Assembly: GCA_964248365.1 (NCBI GenBank)
Contig: CAXTYC010000049.1
Span: forward strand, 1-31,195
Origin: an uncultured Chroococcidiopsis sp.
GTDB lineage: Bacteria > Cyanobacteriota > Cyanobacteriia > Cyanobacteriales > Chroococcidiopsidaceae
DNA: 31,195 nucleotides
Direction of reading: 5' to 3'
Below, piece by piece: positions 27,531 to 31,195 of this stretch; within the stretch, counting starts at the first letter, position 1, and each line of letters opens with the position of its first letter. Under the pieces are notes generated by a model, which was not told where the DNA came from, searched no databases, and was given only the letters and a program-made list of their open reading frames with translations. A program made the position numbers and the translations under genes.

Positions 27531-29975
27531 CTAGGCTTTTACACCTTCTACTGAGGCTATCATTAGCAGTGTTTTGAGAACAGAATCGGGGTTGAGACTG
27601 ATAGAGTCAATTCCTTGTTCAACTAAGAAAGAGGCAAATTCAGGGTAATCACTAGGTGCTTGACCACAAATGCCAATTTTGCGATTATTTGCTTTAGCAG
27701 TTGCGATCGCCATCCGTACCATCCGCTTGACTCCCTCATTGCGTTCATCAAACAAACCCGCCACCAAAGCTGAATCTCTGTCTAAACCCAATGTCAGCTG
27801 AGTTAAGTCATTAGAACCGATGGAAAATCCATCAAATACTTCACAAAACTCTTCAGCCATCAGCACATTATTAGGCAACTCACACATTACATAGACTTCC
27901 AGCCCATTTTTACCTCTTTCTAAACCGTGTTTTGCCATTTGAGCTAACACTCGCCGCCCTTCTTCGGGTGTTCTACAGAAAGGAATCATCGGAATGACAT
28001 TCGTTAAACCCATTTCTTCCCGTACCTGCTTAAATGCTTGACACTCTAGGGCGTAAGCATCTCGGTAGCGTGGATCGTAGTAGCGAGAAGCACCCCGCCA
28101 TCCCAGCATCGGGTTTTCTTCTTTCGGTTCAAACGGTCTTCCACCCAGCAGGTTAGCATATTCGTTGCTTTTGAAGTCACTCATCCGAATCACGACGGGA
28201 TTAGGATAGAATGCAGCGGCGATCATTGCCATTCCTTGCGCCAACTTCTCAACGAAATACTGAGGCTTATTTTCGTATAGTCCTGTCAGTTCTGCAATTT
28301 TGGCTTTAACTGATTCATCCTCCAACAAGTCGTAGTGAATCAGTGCGAGAGGATGTACCTGGATGTGATTGGCAATGATAAACTCTAGTCTAGTCAAACC
28401 TACGCCATCATTAGGAATTGCAGATAGCCTAAAGGCTTCCCCTGGATTACCCACATTCATCAAGATTTTTGTACGAGTACGGGGCAGATTTTCCAGCGCT
28501 ACCTCTTTCACCTCAAAAGGTATTAAACCCTGATAAACTCGTCCTTCTTCCCCTTCGGCACAAGAAATCGTTACCTCTTGACCAGTTTTCAACATAGATG
28601 TAGCATTACCACAGCCGACAATAGCGGGAATGCCTATTTCTCTGGCAATAATTGCGGCATGGCAAGTACGTCCGCCTTGATTAGTAACGATCGCACTCGC
28701 TTTTTTTAGAATTGGTTCCCAGTCTGGATCTGTCTTATCTGTCACCAAAACATCTCCATCACGGAAATGGTCTAGTTTATTCACATCAATAATTACTTTC
28801 GCTTTACCTTGACCGATAGATTCTCCCACACTGCGACCTGTCAGTAAGGGCGTAAGGTCTTGCGCCCCAGCCAGGTGGTAGCTACGTAGAACATTCTTAC
28901 TCCGTTGAGATTGTACCGTTTCTGGGCGGGCTTGGACGATAAATAATTCGCCTGTAATGCCATCTTTTGCCCACTCAATATCCATCGGAGTATCAGTTTC
29001 GCGCACCTGGGAATAGTGATCCTCAATTAGGCAAGCCCAACGTGCTAGTTGCAAAATCTCTTCATCTTCAAGGGCGTATTTACAGCGTTCACTTGGTAAG
29101 ACGGGAACGTTTTTCGTGAACTTTGATCCACCAATGTCATAAACGAGTTTAAATTCTTTCGTCCCTAATCTTTTTGCCAAAATTGGGCGAAAGCCTTGTT
29201 TCAATGTGGGTTTAAACACATAGTATTCGTCGGGGTTGATCGCCCCTTGAACTACGTTTTCCCCTAAACCGTAGGCTGCGGTGATTAGTGCGGCATTTTT
29301 AAAGCCTGTTTCGGTGTCAATGGAGAACATTACCCCAGAGGAGGCTAAATCGGAACGTACCATTTTTTGCACACCGACCGAGAGGGCAACATCGAAGTGG
29401 TCAAATCCTCGGTTGTGGCGATAGGAAATGGCGCGATCGGTAAATATGGAGGCGAAGCAGCGATGACAAGCTGCTAATACTCCTTCGACACCGTTGATAT
29501 TGAGATAGGTTTCCTGTTGTCCTGCAAAGCTTGCATCGGGGAGATCTTCGGCTGTAGCACTCGAACGGACGGCTACATCGGTATCAGCACCATAAGTTTC
29601 GCACAGCTGCTGATAGGCAAGTGCGATCGCCTGCGTTAAATCTTTTGGAAATGGCGTATGCAGCAGTAAATTCCTAGCTTTTTTACCTCTTTGGCGTAAG
29701 TTATTAACATCCTCTACATCCAAATCGGCAAATAGACTTCGCAGTTTTTCTTCTAATCCGGCTGCTTGAATAAAGTAGCGATAAGCATAGGCGGTGGTAG
29801 CAAAACCATTAGGGACATTTACTCCTTGTGGTGTTAGCTGTTGAATCATTTCTCCTAGTGATGCATTTTTACCACCTACTAGGGAGATATCGTTAATTCC
29901 AACTTCATTAAACCAGAGGACGAGCGATCGCTCTTTTGCTGATTGTCCAAGCTTCTCTGTAGCCGTTGTTACCAT
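27531..29975 (-). CDS. ppsA: Phosphoenolpyruvate synthase
   Basis: VGGKNASLGEM, AVRSSATAEDLPDASFAGQQET, DIEWAKDG, QARPETV, phospho-His GGRTCHAAIIARE, FSIGSNDLTQL; AGAGG RBS. Confidence 0.97.
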   Translation of the reverse strand: MVTTATEKLGQSAKERSLVLWFNEVGINDISLVGGKNASLGEMIQQLTPQGVNVPNGFATTAYAYRYFIQAAGLEEKLRSLFADLDVEDVNNLRQRGKKARNLLLHTPFPKDLTQAIALAYQQLCETYGADTDVAVRSSATAEDLPDASFAGQQETYLNINGVEGVLAACHRCFASIFTDRAISYRHNRGFDHFDVALSVGVQKMVRSDLASSGVMFSIDTETGFKNAALITAAYGLGENVVQGAINPDEYYVFKPTLKQGFRPILAKRLGTKEFKLVYDIGGSKFTKNVPVLPSERCKYALEDEEILQLARWACLIEDHYSQVRETDTPMDIEWAKDGITGELFIVQARPETVQSQRSKNVLRSYHLAGAQDLTPLLTGRSVGESIGQGKAKVIIDVNKLDHFRDGDVLVTDKTDPDWEPILKKASAIVTNQGGRTCHAAIIAREIGIPAIVGCGNATSMLKTGQEVTISCAEGEEGRVYQGLIPFEVKEVALENLPRTRTKILMNVGNPGEAFRLSAIPNDGVGLTRLEFIIANHIQVHPLALIHYDLLEDESVKAKIAELTGLYENKPQYFVEKLAQGMAMIAAAFYPNPVVIRMSDFKSNEYANLLGGRPFEPKEENPMLGWRGASRYYDPRYRDAYALECQAFKQVREEMGLTNVIPMIPFCRTPEEGRRVLAQMAKHGLERGKNGLEVYVMCELPNNVLMAEEFCEVFDGFSIGSNDLTQLTLGLDRDSALVAGLFDERNEGVKRMVRMAIATAKANNRKIGICGQAPSDYPEFASFLVEQGIDSISLNPDSVLKTLLMIASVEGVKA

Positions 29976-30215
29976 ATATACATTTCCTCTTATACTGGTT
30001 CCAGTGTAGCTACGACTAGCCCTTATATCTATGTTAGCAATTTGTCAATTCTTTCGGATTTTTTTGCTATTTAGTATGCTAGCTCGGATGAAAAACTAGA
30101 TATAACAGCTTCAAGTTAAATAATTCGTAATTTAGAATACTATTAATCCATAATATTATTAGTTCAGTAACTGCCAATTGAAGACGAGGGTGATTTGCGG
30201 ATGAAAGAAAGTCTG

Positions 30216-31139
30216 TTATTCATTAAATAAGTAGACTAAATTAACGCCACCCGATTGAAGATTGATCCGTGTGCCAAAACGTAATTTTTTAGGTAAGTTT
30301 TGTATAGCAATTGGAGAAAAACCAATATGTGTAAATTTTGCAGCTTCTGCTGGGCAAGCTATATAGATAGGCTTATTTGCTGACCCAATTGTATGTCTTA
30401 ATAAGTTAGTATCTAAATCTTGCTCTAAGCCAACGGTAATATACAAATGCCTTAATATTGAATATCCGCTTTCACTAGACAGTCTAGCATAACCAATTAA
30501 CTTACTACGAGATTCCAATCACCAAAACTGAGAATAGTTTTGTGTTTCCCAGAAAGTAGTGAGTAATGGACTTATTATAGATACAAGTAATAAGATTAAC
30601 AATAACCATAACAGCAAATCAATTAAGAATGCAATCCGTAGGTAAAGCAGTATTAATATTATCACTGGCAAGCATAACCAAGTTAAAATTATTAATGAAA
30701 GTATTAGATAAAAGTTAATACCAAACGGAAAAAACAAGTCCTGAGTTGGAGAAAAAAATAGGAACCTGCGAATTTTCCAAATATCTGCTGCTTGTGCTTT
30801 GTAAATTACACATTTCTGTATTGATGGATTTGAAAGAGTAGCTGCACGTTGAGTAGATGAGGTAGAAGAAGTATTAATTGTAACCATATAAATTAAGCCA
30901 ATACTTCTACGCCAAGGCTGTTGCGCTTGAATAAAACCAAGACGTGTGTAGAAAGTAACTAGTTGTGGGCGACAAACTAAATAAACTGGCTGCTGTACTT
31001 GCTGGATAATACTTTTGACTAGAGAAGAACCTATAGCTTGCTGGCGATAAGCAGGCACAACATATAGGCTTCTCAAAAACGAATACTGGCGGCGGCGAAG
31101 TATACTGGCAGCTGCAATTATATGGCGATCGCACTCAAC
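30216..31139 (-). pseudogene. Disrupted tandem GNAT acetyltransferase gene with a central hydrophobic segment
   Basis: ORFs 30519-31076 and 30216-30518 are in one frame separated by a single TGA; acetyl-CoA motif LYVVPAYRQQAIGSSLV; frame extends to 31139 and is closed by another TGA (31140-31142). Confidence 0.7.
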
Positions 31140-31163
31140 TCAATACTTCTTGGTTAAGGGTTA

Positions 31164-31195
31164 GAGGCTGTTTGAAAAGTCGCTTAGGCAGTAAA
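31164..31195 (+). mobile_element. Probable terminal inverted repeat of an IS/MITE, truncated by the window edge
   Basis: TTA|GAGGCTGTTTGAAAAGT resembles a recurrent cyanobacterial element end (from memory); lies where the GNAT 5' end should be. Confidence 0.5.

Larger units (their letters stand above)
275..31132. repeat. HIP1 octamer GCGATCGC dispersed throughout (about 23 copies by eye)
   Basis: Examples at 275, 688, 1124, 1438, 2618, 5012, 6091, 6104, 9252, 20761, 31125. Confidence 0.95.

Noticed and set aside
1..31195. tRNA, rRNA, known riboswitch, defence, prophage or retroelement system
   Set aside because: No such sequence or domain recognised by eye; covariance-model scans would be needed to exclude small RNAs.

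Overview
Cyanobacterial chromosomal segment, indicated by about 23 HIP1 octamers (GCGATCGC), short tandem heptamer repeats (STRR-type) and cp12. The left third is housekeeping: the 3' part of a probable modB-modC fusion, glmM, two conserved hypotheticals, cp12, a FIST-domain gene, trmB, an orphan ORF and a PMT/GT39-like mannosyltransferase. The centre (about 10.1-23.0 kb) is a Wzx/Wzy-type exopolysaccharide cluster (3 GT4, 3 GT2, Wzc, Wzx, Wzy-like polymerase) with no Wza or priming transferase in the window. It is followed by two convergent genes for exported proteins (a Trp-rich unknown and a DUF4832-like putative glycoside hydrolase), ppsA, and a broken double-GNAT gene next to a probable IS/MITE end. 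The most notable sequence-level observations are a 236-bp tandem duplication of the promoter region before the GT4-wzc genes giving four GTA-N8-TAC boxes, a HIP1-bounded 78-bp in-frame duplication in glmM, tandem repeats translated in frame inside two genes, a thrice-repeated 11-mer between cp12 and the FIST gene, and a structured leader with a PPP-ending uORF. I found no clearly new biological system. The best candidates are the EPS-flanking secreted pair and the duplicated promoter. Family assignments are from motif recognition, not database searches.
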